Shown piece by piece: positions 49,925 through 64,000 of a stretch of 64,000 nt of DNA. Under the pieces are notes generated by a model. It did no database searches and was not told where the DNA came from. It saw nothing but the letters and a program-made list of their open reading frames with translations. The DNA comes from Camelus dromedarius (Eukaryota), in contig NC_087436.1 of the NCBI RefSeq assembly GCF_036321535.1, positions 19,346,001-19,410,000 on the forward strand, in the 5' to 3' direction. Every line of letters starts with the position of its first letter. Positions within the stretch are counted from its first letter, which is position 1. The position numbers were made by a program, and so were the translations under genes.

Positions 49925-50610
49925 CCTCCAGTTGCCTCACTTCCGGAACTTTCCAGCTTCTGGTGGTTGGTCTCAAGGTGGAATCCTTGGCATTCCTCTG
50001 CTTGGAGACACATCACTCCAGTCTGTTTCCATCCTCACATGACCTCGTCTTCACATTTCTTTTGTGTGTCTTCACATGACCTTCTTGTAAGAACACGAGT
50101 CAATGGATTTAGACCCATCTTAATACAGTATGAGCTCATCTTAACTAATTATGTAGGCAAGACATGATTTCCAAATAAGGTTACATTCTGAGGTTCCGGG
50201 TTGACATGAGCATTGTGGGGGACACCATTCAACACAGAACAGTTACCTAATTTGGAGAAAGGATATTTGTAGTTAAGATTTAAGGATCTTAAAGCGGGAT
50301 CATTCCGGATTATTGGGTTGGATCCTAAATCTGATGACAAGTGTTTTCATAAGAGACACGGAAGAGCAATGTGAAGACAGGTGCAGGGACTGCAGGGATG
50401 TGACCATAAACCAAGGAAGCTAAGTTGTGCCAACAACCACCAGAAGTAAGAGACGAGGAAGGATTCTCTCCTTAGAGCCTCCAGAGGAACTGGGGCATTG
50501 CCAACATCTTGATTTTGGACTTCTGGCTTCCAGAACTGTGAGAGGCTGAATTTCCCTTATGTTAAAGCATCCAGTTTTAGATGTTTGTTACAGTAGCCTC
50601 AGGAAACAGA
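49925..50610. mobile_element. Two adjacent MaLR LTR pieces (minus 49925-50241, plus 50245-50610; MLT1A-C-like)
   Basis: atttccaaataaggttacattctgagg...gggggacaccattcaacacagaaca; then cttagagcctccagagg...gattttggacttctggcttccagaactgtgag. Confidence 0.8.
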
Positions 50611-51855
50611 ATTCTTTTCCTTTAAGTAACCACCAAAAATAAACAGAAAACTTTCCCGTGAGTTTGAGTCTGCTCTAAACAGATCAAAGAGTTCTTACTA
50701 AATAAGAACACAGCATTTTCCTTATTTATCTGTTCAGCTGCATAATAGGAGTTGATGTTTCCGCACGGTCAGTGGATAGGAAGTCCGTTTACGAAACTAT
50801 CAATGTCACCGGTTGCCAGAAAACACTTCAAGGGAGAAACGGGACGGACAGAATCTAGCACGTGGGGCAATGGAAGGCAGGACTTCATTCACCACTTTTG
50901 CCCTGGGGATCCTGACCTCCTTCCCCCAGTTGCCCTGCTGCTCGGATTGGGGAAGTTCTGGGGATCAAGAGAGAGCTTGCACCTCCAGACTCGCCAGCTC
51001 ATATCCCACTCGGACCACCATCAGCTTCGTTAGGAGGCAGGGAGGGAGCTCGAGCACTCACCCACCGTCCCCAAAGGAAGACCTGGTCTCCAACTCCTGG
51101 TAGAGGGCTGGACCCCTGCAGCCCTCCCCACTCCCGGGCTGCTGTTGGCAAGTGGGCTTGCGGCCGGAGCGCCCATCCACGGGCAATCGGACACGCGCGG
51201 CAGGTCCCGCCCGCCCTCCGGGGCGCCAGCGGTCCTGCAGACTTGGGCATCAGCTCAGTGCTCAATTCTTAACCCATTTCTGGGGCTAACTCCCACGAGG
51301 GAGCAGCCTTCCCGAGCGGAGCCACGAGCGCGGGTAACTCCCAAGGCTCTGGCTGAGAACCGGGAGACCGAGAGCGGCCTCCCCTTCCCCCTCGCGCACA
51401 CGTCAACGCCGGCGTCGGGGAAGCGTCGTAATGCCTCGAAGAAACTTGCCGCCGAAAACCCTGCACCCCGCCGCCGCAGCTGCCGATCGAGAAATCCCTT
51501 CTCCAAGCGCAAGCTAGCCCTTCCCGCCGGCGCAGGGCTAAGCAAAAGAGAGCCTCTCCGTGCGGGTGCTCCAGAGGCGCAGGTGGCTGTACCTAAAGGT
51601 TTGTTGGCGCGGGACCCTTGGTAAAGGTGGGTGACTGAGGCGTCTCACGCCATTCCCCGCCCCAGTCATTTATAAGATTCCGCAGGTCTTGACGGCGGCG
51701 AGTCTGTTCGCCCTACCCGGCAGCCAGCTTCCCTTTCCCCGATCGCCTGTGCTGGCCGGCCTACTCCAAATATCCGCTTTAGAGCATTTGGGCTTGGGAG
51801 CCGTGGTCAGAGCGGCCGTGGCTTGTGCGCGTCTATTAGGAGGCGCACGGTAGTG

Positions 51856-51963
51856 ATGGCGGCGCTGAGAGAGACTTTCCTGTCACTGGATACTACTACT
51901 CCCAGCCCTCCTCGAAGCCGCCGGAGCAAACCCCTGGTCTTTAATTTACGGGTAGCAATTTGA
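51856..51963 (+). other. Candidate uORF1 (35 aa, MAALRETFLSLDTTTPSPPRSRRSKPLVFNLRVAI), in frame with SLC10A7
   Basis: Strong Kozak context gtgATGG; stop TGA 51961-51963; real only if the TSS lies upstream of 51856. Confidence 0.4.
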
Positions 51964-52290
<327 letters not shown>

Positions 52291-54852
52291 TAGGGGCACT
52301 GGCCAGCCCAGGATGTCCTTTGGCCCTTTTGCTGATTTTTTAACTTGCCAACTACAGAGAGAATTTATAGTTAGGAATAGGGCAAGGGAATTTGAACGCA
52401 GGTTGCCTTTTCCGCGAACAATCGATGAGTATCCTTAGTGTTAAGGAGTGAGGTTAATCAGAATAAAACTTACTCCTCTTGCCTTCAAAGTAGCATCCTA
52501 TCCCAAGGGATGCTAGGTTGCCAGGAGTTCCTTATCTGTCTTGGAGTGGACACCAACCTTGTTCGTTTGCGACACCTCATTCTCCCTACTTTTTTTTTTT
52601 TTTTTTTTAAGGCAGAGGAAGAGAAAGGGACATCTCTTCCTCCTCCAACTCAGATTTGGTGGGCCACATGTTGGAGAGTGTTGATTTGCTGCAGTTGCTG
52701 CCTCTCCACAAACTCCCGAGCCGACTGACACGTTGCACTCACTGCTTCCGCGTGCTGCCAGCACTCGGTTGCTACACTTAGCAGTCTAACAGATACAGGC
52801 AGTGTTAGACCATGTGTAGTGTGTATTTTGGCAAGGAAATGTAGGCAGGCTAAAATCATCCTCAGATCTCAGAATAGTGGGAGCCTTGTAATGTGTGGAT
52901 GGTCATTGGTGGCAATGACTGGAAGTATTATTAGCTTTCATGCCCACCCCGCCCCCTCCTCCCTTGCACCCTTAGAGACTCATGTCCCACTTTTCATAAA
53001 CATGAATTGAATCTCTTCAGTTTATTGTCTTTTTGACCTTGTTTGGCAGGTTCACGCTTATTGACAGGTTTTACATATCAGTCATACAACAGGGACAGAT
53101 AAGGACGGAAGTGAGAACACACAATCTTTTATGCTAGGAAGTGCCCAGGAGGATATTTGAAGCTATTTGTGCCTTTTTGTTAAAACACGATGGAAGTGAA
53201 TGAAATGATCTCTCAGGAGAACAGTGGTTCTTTCTACCCTCTACCCTCAATACCTCCATTTAGAGGTAGCTTCAGGGAACATAACATTTAAAAGGAATTT
53301 TTTGAACGAAGACTGGAGATTTTAAAAACTTTTTAAGGTTCTTTTCTTCTATGTTCAACTTAGTACAAAATGTGTAAGGTATGTAACTGTGAGAATGAAG
53401 ATATTTGTTGTGGTTACCTTGCTGAAGGTACCAGTTTCTTCTTTGACATAGCTTCTCCGTGAGCTTTGGGGAAACTTGTGAATGTTGGTGTCTGGGTTCT
53501 GCCAAATGAGTTCCCCTGTTCCTGCAGCTAGCCGGGTGGTAAGAATTAACGTTAGAGAGCATCTTTGCAGTCATCTGGAATTGCACCCTTTGCTAGCTTC
53601 AGTTGCAGACGTTATAGCTTCTAGTGTGAGATCTCTTACTTGCTCAGTGTTAAGGTGCGGTTACAGGTGATGTATGCTCTTGAAGTTTAGATCGGCAGGG
53701 ACTCGGTTTGGTGAAATACCTTCTATCTTACCTTTCTGGGCTGCTCGGTGGGCAGGAGAGTTATTTTTCCCTGGGCCTTTTTTCCCACAGTGGTAAGTGT
53801 GAGATGGATTCTGTAACCTTATTTCTTTCCTCAGACTCTGCTTCTTGAAGTTTTGGTGAATTATTGTATCTTAGAAATCTTGTTTCCTATTGTCACTAGT
53901 CCTTATGCCATTAACCTGGGATAATTCATTTCTTTGTTTAATTATAAGAGAGGAGAATGTTAAGAGCTGAGAGGAAGCTTTAAATTATTTGAAGTCAACA
54001 TGCTTCTTTTACAGTTGAAATTACTGAGACCTGAGGTCGGGTGACTCACCCTAGGTCAAGTTAGCTAGCTTAGGGAAGAGGAAGGACTGGGAACCAGGAC
54101 TCTGCCTTATTTCTTTCTCTGCCTTAGTTGCAACATCCAGGCAAATAAATATTCTTGTCAAGAAATCATTCAAAATGAATAGCCTTTATAAAGAAAGGCT
54201 CTCTGTAATAAAGACATTTTCCATGCCTTGATTTTTAGCCCAAAATGACCAGAACAGAATCAGTTAATATTAGACGACAGTGTACTCATATTATTTCTTT
54301 GAGAGCTGACTATATGTAAAAGTTACCTTTTTCTAAAAAGAAAAGCTAGACAAACACTTGTTTGGGATTTCTTATATAGGCTGTCAGGCTAAGTTGATAC
54401 TTCAATTGATCTTCCCACCTGTAAAACTTCTTAAATAAAGACAAACTTCCTAATAGTACCCAATAACACTTTCACTCCATTAGTTAAAACAACAAAAATC
54501 TAGGGACAAGGAGAGGAATGGTTGCTAAACACGTTTCTGGCCTCTTCTGCTCTTCAGAGATATCGAAAGCACCTCTTTTTGCTTGAGACTTTTAGTCAGA
54601 AGTTCTAGCTATGGGCTCCGTACACTGGGAATGCAAATACATTTTTAATGCACTCACACTGACTGAACAGTTTTCAATCAAACAGTTTTCTAGACATTCT
54701 TTTCTTTTCAACAGGAAAAGTTTTGATTATTTTCAACTTGTGAAGATGCTCACTTCACCTTTACCTGGATCGATACCTTAATGACCATACTCTTTTTAAG
54801 TGTTAAGACTTCCACACTTAAAAGTATCACGTCTCTGATCTGACCTCCCTTT

Positions 54853-55045
54853 TTTCCCTTTGTATTCTTTCTTTTTTATTTTTTAATTTTGTGGGGAGGT
54901 TTCTTTTGGAGGGGAGGGAGATTAGCTTTGTTTGTTTGTTTATTTATTTATTTATTTAATGGCGATACTGGGGATTGAACCCAGGACCTCAGACCTCATG
55001 CATGCTACCCCCGCACTCTACCACTGAGCTGTACCCTCCCCCCTT
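54853..55045 (-). mobile_element. tRNA-Ala-derived camelid SINE with extended tail (intron 1)
   Basis: Head with small internal duplication gacctcagacctca; TSD ctgacctcccttt (54840-54852, 55048-55060). Confidence 0.9.
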
Positions 55046-56297
55046 ACCTGACCTCCCTTTAAAAACAATCTTTATAGCCAATGGATGAGTTATGTATGGC
55101 AGGAAATTTATAGATATGGGAACCCTAAAATTAGAGAGTTGGATGACTTTCCAAATGGGAAAAGTTATAATAAGTACTAGCTAGATAATTTAATTCTTAG
55201 TTCCCTGTTCTTTTTACTCAGTTACATTTCATTTCTAAATAAAGAAGGTTGAAAGTAAAGAGCCACAGTGGATGTAAATGTGTAGATTCTAAGATGTCAA
55301 TAATCTGTTCCATTTCAACCCAGGGAAGCCCTGAGCTATGAGTTTACTGCAGTTCAACACTGTGCTATTCATTTTCAGAAGAGAAAGCTTTACTTCTTTG
55401 AAAGTACAGAGTAAGCTTCTCATTTCTACCTGCATCTTTGCTGAAATTATTGCCATTAATAAAACATAAAACCTGAAAAGGAAAGGGCTTGTTTTTTCCA
55501 TGGAAAAAACATAACACGCTATAAGCTTAAGCATATTAGTGTGAATATCTTAGATTAGGTTTAGAAGTGAAGTTTACCTGGGAATGAATATATTTTATGA
55601 AATGGTAGTAGTTCCTTGCATTCTTAAGCACTGCTAATCATTTTCTCCCCCTCTCCTCCCCCTACATTAAAAAGCATGGGTTTGGAGTCCCAAAATTGCT
55701 TCTTTTTTTTAATGGCCTATTTTTCTTTTGATGTTGCTATCACATTTCATTTTCACTGATAAACATTTCTTTTTTTTTGGCTTTTGTTTCAGGAAAAGTT
55801 AAAAGTTATATTTCTACCTTGTGCTTTATAGCCATCTCAAGGTCTGAATCTGGTTCTTTTTGTGACTTGGAGGATATAATCATCACCTTGGAGAGGGGCC
55901 AGATATCGTTTTTACAGCGTTGTTTCAACTCTCACCTCTGTACAAATATTTACCAACTTTTTATTTCAGCCCTGCCTGACTTCCAGTTCCGTGTTCACAA
56001 CACGTGGCAATCTATCATCATCGGTCTCAAAAGGGCTTTAGGTTTCCCTAAGTTAGGATTAATTCCTCCTTCCCTTTTTAAAGGGAACGTTGTAGGTAGC
56101 CCAGGAATATCCTCACCATGTCCTTTCATAGATTAGAGTTATTTAGATGTGCATCTAATACAAAAAGCAGTATGCCCTATCTCTAAGATTTAAAACATTG
56201 ATAGTGAGAGGTCATTCCACTGAATTATACCAATTAGTTAATTGTTATCATATGTATTTATATATATGTGCACGGAGCATGGAAGAGTTAGCTGCTT

Positions 56298-57023
56298 CTT
56301 TTGTTTTTTCTAGTTCCCTGTCAGCTGCATTTTTAAAATTTATTTTTATTTATTTATTTATTTTTATTTTATTTTTTTTTTATTTTTTTTTTATTGAGTA
56401 ATAGTTATTTTACAATGTTGTGTCAAATTCCAGTGTAGAGCACAATTTTTCAGTCATACATGAACATGTATATATTCATTGTCACTTTTTTTTTCACTAT
56501 AAGCTACCACAAGATCTTGTATATTTTCCCCTGTGCTGTACAGTATAATCTTGTTTATCTATTCTGCATTTTAAAATCCCAGTCTGTCCCTTCCCACCCC
56601 CTGCCCCCTTGGCAACCACAAGTTTGTATTCTATGTCTATGAGTCTGTTTCTGTTTTGTATTTATTTTTTTTAATTAGATTCCTCATATAAGCGATCTCA
56701 TACTGTATTTTTCTTTCTCTTTCTGGCTTACTTCACTTTGAATGACATTCTCCAGGAACATCCATGTTGCTGCAAATGGCGTTATGTTGTCGGTTTTTGT
56801 GGCTGAATAGTATTGCATCATATACGTATACCACATCTTCTTTATTCAGTCATCTGTTGATGGACATCTAGGCTGCTTCCATGTCTTGGCTATTGGAAAT
56901 AGTGCTCCTATGAACACTGGGGTGCAGGTATCATTTTGAAGTAGGGTTCCTTCTGGATATATGCCCAGGAGCGGGATTCCTGGGTCATATAGTAAGTCTG
57001 TTCCTCGTCTTTTGAGGAATCTG
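56298..57023 (-). mobile_element. Relatively young camelid L1 3' end (intron 1, antisense) with short 3' transduction
   Basis: Minus ORF reads DLLYDPGIPLLGIYP...DTCTPVFIGALFPIAKTWKQPRCPSTDD (L1 ORF2 C-terminus); TSD ggaagagttagct (56281-56293, 57024-57036). Confidence 0.92.
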
Positions 57024-57833
57024 GGAAGAGTTAGCTTCTTAAAGAATACAGTTGTTGACTGACTATGGTACAAGCTTTGTCTGCCCCCAAAAAACATAGT
57101 CTAAATAAATGTCGTGGGTTTCCGTGGGCTTCCGATGGAGATGCAGCTTTGCGCTCGTCTCCTAGCCCTCACTTGTGAACGTACTGCTAACTCTAACCCA
57201 TCCGATACAGAAAATCTGGGGCACCACTGGGGATAGATGCACAGGTGACAAAAATAGAGCTTCACAAAAAGCAGGGGGTTGGAGGAAAAGAAAATTGATA
57301 AGAGTTTAAACAAAAAACCAAACAGAGCATTAAAAATTCCTGGAAGGCACTTACTTCTGAAACAAGCCAGATTCCCTGACTTTTACAATCTGCTCCTGAA
57401 TCACCAGTCATCGAGGAAATACTATTTCTCAGTGTGAGCGACTGAGACAGATTCACTCATAAGGATAAAAAAAAGTACTTCTTTTTAAGTTTCTGAACAG
57501 CTTTACCTGCCCTGAAGTGTAATCCCTTTTTACTTGCCTTTTCCCTTTTGCTCCCTGTTTTCAGATCTCAGCACAATGATTTGTGTCAATGCCAGGTATC
57601 TAAAAGAATGTATTGCATTGTTTGAGATCTTTGTTTCTTTTATTCACTGATGTATGACAAATGCCTAAAATGTAGCATGGTAGTTGCTCAATAAATACTT
57701 GTCGATGGACTGAATGATGATTTTTTTCCGAGCTTGGTCTCTCTTGTTGAGCAGTATGTGTGGGCGTGGTGGAGGGTCGCAGGGAACTGAGGAGCTATGA
57801 TTGTGATCTGTCCTGTTGTTTTCCTCCAGGGCG

Positions 57834-58259
57834 TGTATTGGTTTTCTAGGGCTGCTATGACAAATTACTACAAACCATGTGGCTTGAAATTACTCCGGAG
57901 GCTAGGAATCAGAAATCAAAATGTCAGCAGGGCCGTGCTCCCACCAAATGCTCTAGGGAGGAATCCTTCCTTGCGCCTTCTGACTTGGCGGTGGTTGCCA
58001 GCTGTCCTTGGTGTTCCTTGGCTTGTGGTAATAGAACGTCAGCCTTTGCCTCTGTCTTCACGTGGCCATCTTCCCTCTGTGTGTGACTGTGTCCAAATTT
58101 CTCTCTACTCATAAGAGTACCAGTCACTGGATTACAATTCACCCTAATCCAGTAAGACTTCATCTTCATTTGATTACATCTGCCAAGACCCAATTTCCAA
58201 ACATAGGTTCTGGGTGTATATGAATTTGGCCGGGGGAGGACACTGTTCAACCCAGCACA
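57834..58259 (-). mobile_element. MaLR solo LTR (MLT1A/B/C-like)
   Basis: tgtattggttttctagggctgctatgacaaattac...ggaggacactgttcaacccagcaca. Confidence 0.85.
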
Positions 58260-58319
58260 AGAGAGTTGAATAGAATGTCAAATATGAGATGATGTCAGAT
58301 TTTAAAATGTTGGTGCACG

Positions 58320-58523
58320 CCATTTTGACATTTTGGACATGATCATTCTTTGTTGTCAGGAGGGCTATCCTATACCTTCCAGGATATTTAGCAGAATTCC
58401 TGATTTCTCCTTGATGCCAGTAACACACCTTATTCCCTGAGTTATAACAACTAAAAAAAACAGTTCCCAAACACTGCCAAACATCTGTGGAGGGGCAAAA
58501 TTGCTGCTGCTGGAAAACCACTG
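58320..58523. mobile_element. MER20 hAT DNA transposon
   Basis: tgacattttggac...attctttgttg...gatgccagtaacac...ctgccaaacatctgtggaggggcaaaattg...aaaaccactg. Confidence 0.85.
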
Positions 58524-59260
58524 GTATACAGCTATAAAATGGCATTTCTCAGAATTACAGCTTTTAAAAGAGTGCTGTTCTTTGGTTAGCACATTAGGTC
58601 TTCAACCCAACTGTACATAAACTACAAAAATAAATAAATATTAGGGTTGTCCCTGTTGTACCCACAGTGTTAACCCATCTGGGGAGATGCCAGCCTATCT
58701 CCTGAGAGGATTTTTCCATAGGTCAAAGATCAGACCTGTCTGGTTCACAACAGTATACCCAGGGTCTGGCACAATTTAATAATAATTATGATAATTATAG
58801 TCTTAACAACTATTGTTAAGTCCTCTGCTACTCTCTTCATTATCTCATTTACATAGTAAGTAAATGCTCAGTAAATATTTGTAGCCTGAATACTCTTGGC
58901 AAAACTGAATGTATGCATGAACATAAGCTCTGATTTCTGATATCCTAGGAGGAATAAAATAATATTTGCTAAAGAGATAGAATTCTTTCCATTGATTTTT
59001 TTCCTTTGGTGTGGGGAATTTTGATCATTATCTAAGCACTGATAGTGTGGCAGATAAAATTAGGACCTAATATTGAAGGATGCTGCCTATCTGCTCTCCT
59101 GTGTGAGAGCAGCATTTATTGTCATCCTTCTGGTCTGAGGATGCTGTGCTGAATTGGACAGCCATGGTCCTTGCCCTCCAGGAAATGTTCTCTGGAGTTG
59201 GGCTGCACCACAGCAAATGCTTAACTCTGTCAGCACATTAGTGTATTAGAGGCAACATGA

Positions 59261-59464
<204 letters not shown>

Positions 59465-62400
59465 TGAAAAGTGAGAGAAAAATTTAATTTGTGTTTGCTA
59501 TTTTGAAATTTCAGATTCCTTTTGTAGGGTCATGTGTAGGTACAGTCTGAAGGTGTCACTATAGTAGAGGAGAACTTGGACGTCAGCAAAGGACTTGCGT
59601 TTTGTACCGGCATATTGCAGACACTGTATAATTGGACAGCGTGAAGCCTGAGGGTGTGGTTATAGTGGTTATGTTTTGAATATGGCAACTGAACTGAAAC
59701 ATCCACTTCAGGTCTTCCTCAGATGTGGTGGTCACTATAGGGGTGCCTGCTGTGGCACATTTGAGCCACTGAGGTTTAGTTAGCTTTCCATAACTTCTAT
59801 GGATCATCTTTGGTTTCCAGGGCTCATGCTGTTCAAGTGATGCTTGTTATGTTATAACTTTTAGTTAAAATTTGTGTGTTTATTAGAAAAGTATAATTTT
59901 TGCCAGCATATCTAGTAAATATTAATGAATATTTTAAGAGAGATACTAGAATTTTTTATACTATGTCAATCTATCATGAAGACACGTAGGTAGTGTTATT
60001 TATTGATCCAAGTGTCACTGAACATGGGATTCCCTTAGAATGAAATCCAGACATTTTTACATCCAAGAGAAGAATGAGTAGAATTTGTCATTTTCTTTTG
60101 ACTTATAATGAAAGCAAAAAAGAGGAGATAGTACCTATTTACTTTTGAAGAAATTACATTGAATTTTTAAAGTTGTCATTTTAAGATGCTTATTCTTATG
60201 TAGGTAGGGAAATCTTACTATGTAAGGATTTGGGTTTTGTTTTGTTTTGTTTTTTGGAAATGGCTTTAAAATTCTCTTTCAGCATTATGTCTTGCCTTTG
60301 TTTTCTTTTATTTTAAGTGTGCTTTGAATGAAGAATAAATTTAGTTACCTTGTTCTTTGACCGCCCTAGTAGCGACATGGAAAAAGCATGGCTTTATTAA
60401 ATTTATGTATTCTGTAGTTATTAGGTTGGTATAAATCTTATGAATGGGGCATTTTTGATATAGATGGGATCCCTGTATAGTGGCTGATAAATTTTGTCTT
60501 GAAAATTCTAAATATTCTTGATCTTTTGAAAACTGATGTGGGACAGGATTTCCTAAGTACGTTAAATTCTAGTCTTTGTAAGTTATATTGATATAAAAGG
60601 ACTGTGATTAGTGCTTAGTGGGCATAGGCTTTTTCTCAGGTCAACACCTGAGATCTACTATTGGTGCTCAAACATGGGGCCCAGTGATACAGGAAGATAT
60701 TTGCCTCTCCTGTGGTGCTGGACTGATCTTCCGTGGAGGTCTTCCTGCTGGCCTTGGCTAATGCTCTTTGTGGAGCAGCTGCCTTACCCAAGTCCTCTAC
60801 TTGGGACATTGCTCTAACTACGTCCCCTGGTGGCTGCTTAATGGCTACGGCTGTTATTTATGCCATGGGAAATCTGGCAAGACTTGAGTCTTTCGCTCCT
60901 TTAGCTTCTTACTTAATGCTATTCTGTAAAGCAGCCAACTTTGTGGGATGCCAGAGTTGAAGAAGGAAGAATGCCGTGCTTACTAGCATTTCTCTATGGA
61001 CTGAATTCTTATGTTAGCACCTAGGAAACCTTCAGAGTCATCCAGCTAATTTGGATCTAATGATGAAATGCCTTGATCCTGTGCTTTATCGTGGTATCTA
61101 AGTAGCCATCAAAGCCACTTCCTCCATTAAAGGCCCTTTTCAAACTAATAACAACATTAAGTCATTTTCAAGATCCATTTAACTTAAGATGCCCTAGATT
61201 GCATCATTGTGTAAAGTTAAACTGTCTCTAAGCTCTGCTAATTTCCTGGGCAACCAAATAGTTGTAAGTTAGGAGGTAGCAATGTTCTTGTTACTTGTTT
61301 TCTACTTAATAACCTTAAATTAATTTCAACTGGGACTACTATTTTCGTATTCTATTAGGTTCTGGAATAGTGCATTTTTGCAAGTAGGAGACAGTAAGTT
61401 ATTCTTAACTTGAGTTTATTTGAAAGCATTTACATTGGTCCTACTCAAGTTTGATTTATAGTGAACATTTCATGTAGTATTGATGTAATACCTTGATGTA
61501 ATAATATGCATTCTAAAATTTCTTTTGTTAGTTTATTAAAATTATAAAGGATCTGTGTTAATACTTCATGTGAAAAAGACTTAATGCTTAATCTTCAGTT
61601 TTGTGACTGTTGATTTCTAGTTTGTAAAATACCTGTTGAAGTGGTTTCTAAAACCACTGCTGCAGTGAAATGAAACAGGTCACATTTGAAAGATATTTTA
61701 TACTTAGTTAACTTCAAACCTACACTTGAGAAGATTTGTCACTTAGGCTGCGGCAGGACCCATCTCGTTTAAGCAAGTTCCTATCAAGAGCCTGTGGCTA
61801 CCAGGCACTGCGTCCTTGGCACTTGTACTTGGCACTTGAGGACAGCAACAAAGATGAGCAGGAAGCTGAGGGCCTGGAGAGGGTCCCTGGTAGACCAGAA
61901 TATACAGGGTTTTCCTTATTTTCCTAAACATTACTTTTTAAAGTCCCCTCAGCTTAGAAGTAAATATAGCACATTCTAAACCTGAAGCTCTTCTTGCTTG
62001 TTTCCAGCCCAGAGCTATGAGGCTGACCCCCAGAAAGCGAATCCAATAAAGGTCAGATAAGGGTTAGGAGGAAAATTGGTATGTAATGAAAATATCTCTA
62101 CATCCCCAGTCAGAGCCCCTGATTTTAAGCAATTCTTGATGCTGTCAGTGCTATGCAATAGCTCTGGTATGTGGAGTGTCTCCTCAAGTTTATTTTAATG
62201 GAATTTGACCTGGATTACATGTGAATAAACAAAATGTCATGCAGAATCAACTTTTCAATTATTCATGATGTTATTTATTTGAGAAGGTGGCCCTAAATTC
62301 TACATGGTTATGTGTGGAATAATACTCTTTCGGATTTTTTAGTGTTTACTTGCTTTTTCTTCCCCAGTGTGATCTTATTTTATCTTTAAGGTTACATAAA

Positions 62401-62624
62401 GGTACAGAAAATATATAACATTGGGTTTTTGTAACGGTCTTGAGAATCTTTCTTAGGAACGCTTTCTGCCTGTTCTTTCCCTGTTGTTAAGAAGTCCCTG
62501 ATAACCCAACGTAGTAGTCCCTTGTAATTCATTTTGCTGAGTTCTCTTCTGTTCCATTATTCTAATGCAAGGTCAGTTGTTTCTAATGGTCATTTATCAG
62601 GTCAGCTAGTATTTCCTAACTATA

Positions 62625-63960
62625 TTTTATTTTTTATAATTTTTTTCTGATTATAAAAGTAGTATTTCTCCATTGTAGAAAGATTAGAAATAATAAAAAT
62701 AACTGCTGTTAACATTTGTGTGTATTTTAGTTCTTTTTTTCCTAAACGTATTTTTCATATAAAGAATATTTTAAAAATATTTTTAAAATTATATATATAC
62801 ACATATAAATTTTATTTTTCTATGCGACATTGTATAATAGTAATTTTTCATGTGATCTAACATTTCATTTAATTTTTCTTTATTTGAAAATAAGATAATT
62901 TACATTTTATTTACTTTTGTGAAGATAAATAAAAAAAGTATGAAAGTATATATGATGAGAAATCTTTTCACCCATCTGCTAGATATCCAGCTCTCTTCTC
63001 TGGAGACAACAAATGTTAACAGTTTCTGTGTATCTTTCTGGAGCTATTTATGCAAAATACCTGTGTGTACTCCCCACCCCCATTGCCCCCACCTGTCAAA
63101 CTGTGGTATTTTATACTATTTGTCACCTTACCTTATTTTACTCAAAACACATATCTTGGAGATTGTTTCACATCAGCACATGAAGAACTAACTCCCTATT
63201 TCTTTTTTTATGTTGAAAAATACTCCATTTTATGAATGTGTCGATAGATTTTCCTAGTCTTCTATTGATGGACATTTAGGTAACTTACAAGGTTTTGCTG
63301 TTATAAACATTCTGCAAAGGATAACCTAAAATATGTCATTTCCCACACTTGGGAGTATGTGTGAAGGATTAATTCCTCAAAGCGGAATTGCTCTGTAAGA
63401 TGGTATGTGCAGTGTGAGCTGTGATAGATATTCCGAATGCTGAGAAAGGTGGCAGGTGCTCGGGAAGGATTTACTGACTGAAGGAATGAGTTGCTGGGTT
63501 TTTCTCCCTAGTTTGTGCCAATTGGCACACCTGTTGGTTAGGTAGGGAGAGACCCTGTATTCTGACATCCTCATCCACACAGTTTTAACATGGTTTCTAA
63601 TAGCTCTTAATACTCTCTTTATTCCTTCAGTTATTTAGTTATTCTCCCACTTTTGGACATGTAAGTTATTTCCAGATGTTACTATATAGATAATGGCTGT
63701 GGTATCAGTGCTGTATATAAATGCTTATAACCACTTTTTATATCCTTGGGATAAATGCCTAGACATAAAATTTGGGGGTCCAAGAATATGAATTGTATTA
63801 TAGTCCTTAATACATCTTCCCAAATTACTATTCAGAAAAGTTATACTGTTTTATATTCCTGTGAGAAGTGTATGCAAATGCATTCTGGCTAATCATTTTA
63901 TGTTAATTTTTTAAAGATAAAAAAAATCCACTAATATTGGCTTGATATTTATAGAATGCC
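62625..63960 (-). mobile_element. Ancient L1 (L1ME-like) fragments in intron 2
   Basis: tctattgatggacatttaggtaac..., ttggacatgtaagttatttccag..., ccttgggataaatgcctagac..., tgcattctggctaatca. Confidence 0.65.
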
Positions 63961-64000
63961 TCTGAGTATATTGGAGTGGGATTTGGTTTCAGGACTGCTG

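Noticed and set aside
51145..51624. 159-aa ORF and overlapping ORFs in the CpG island
   Set aside because: Non-ATG starts, low-complexity Ala/Pro/Arg content, and stop-codon scarcity expected in GC-rich DNA; no recognisable protein

Overview
Mammalian genomic DNA, most likely camelid (alpaca/camel). The young SINEs are tRNA-Ala(AGC)-derived Vic-1-like elements, and I saw no Alu, Bov-A/Bov-tA or PRE-1. Positions 1 to ~50.7 kb are repeat-rich intergenic DNA (L1, L2, MIR, MaLR/ERV solo LTRs, hAT/Tigger DNA transposons). A CpG-island promoter at ~50.8-52.3 kb drives SLC10A7 on the + strand, with coding exon 1 at 52087-52186, exon 2 at 59361-59443, and intron 2 running off the end of the window. 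The most interesting observation is the SLC10A7 5' leader, which is tiled by two back-to-back ~35-codon uORFs. The second ([34 protein letters not shown]) stops 5 nt before the main AUG and is a candidate conserved microprotein or translational control element. Other observations: SINE copies with unique read-through 3' tails inside their TSDs, two twin-primed inverted L1s, an L1 3' transduction, a dense ERV1 LTR cluster, an L2 relic with readable endonuclease motifs, and a tandem C/EBP-ATF-like site in intron 2. Repeat family names are from recognition by eye, not a RepeatMasker run. No prokaryotic-type systems were seen.
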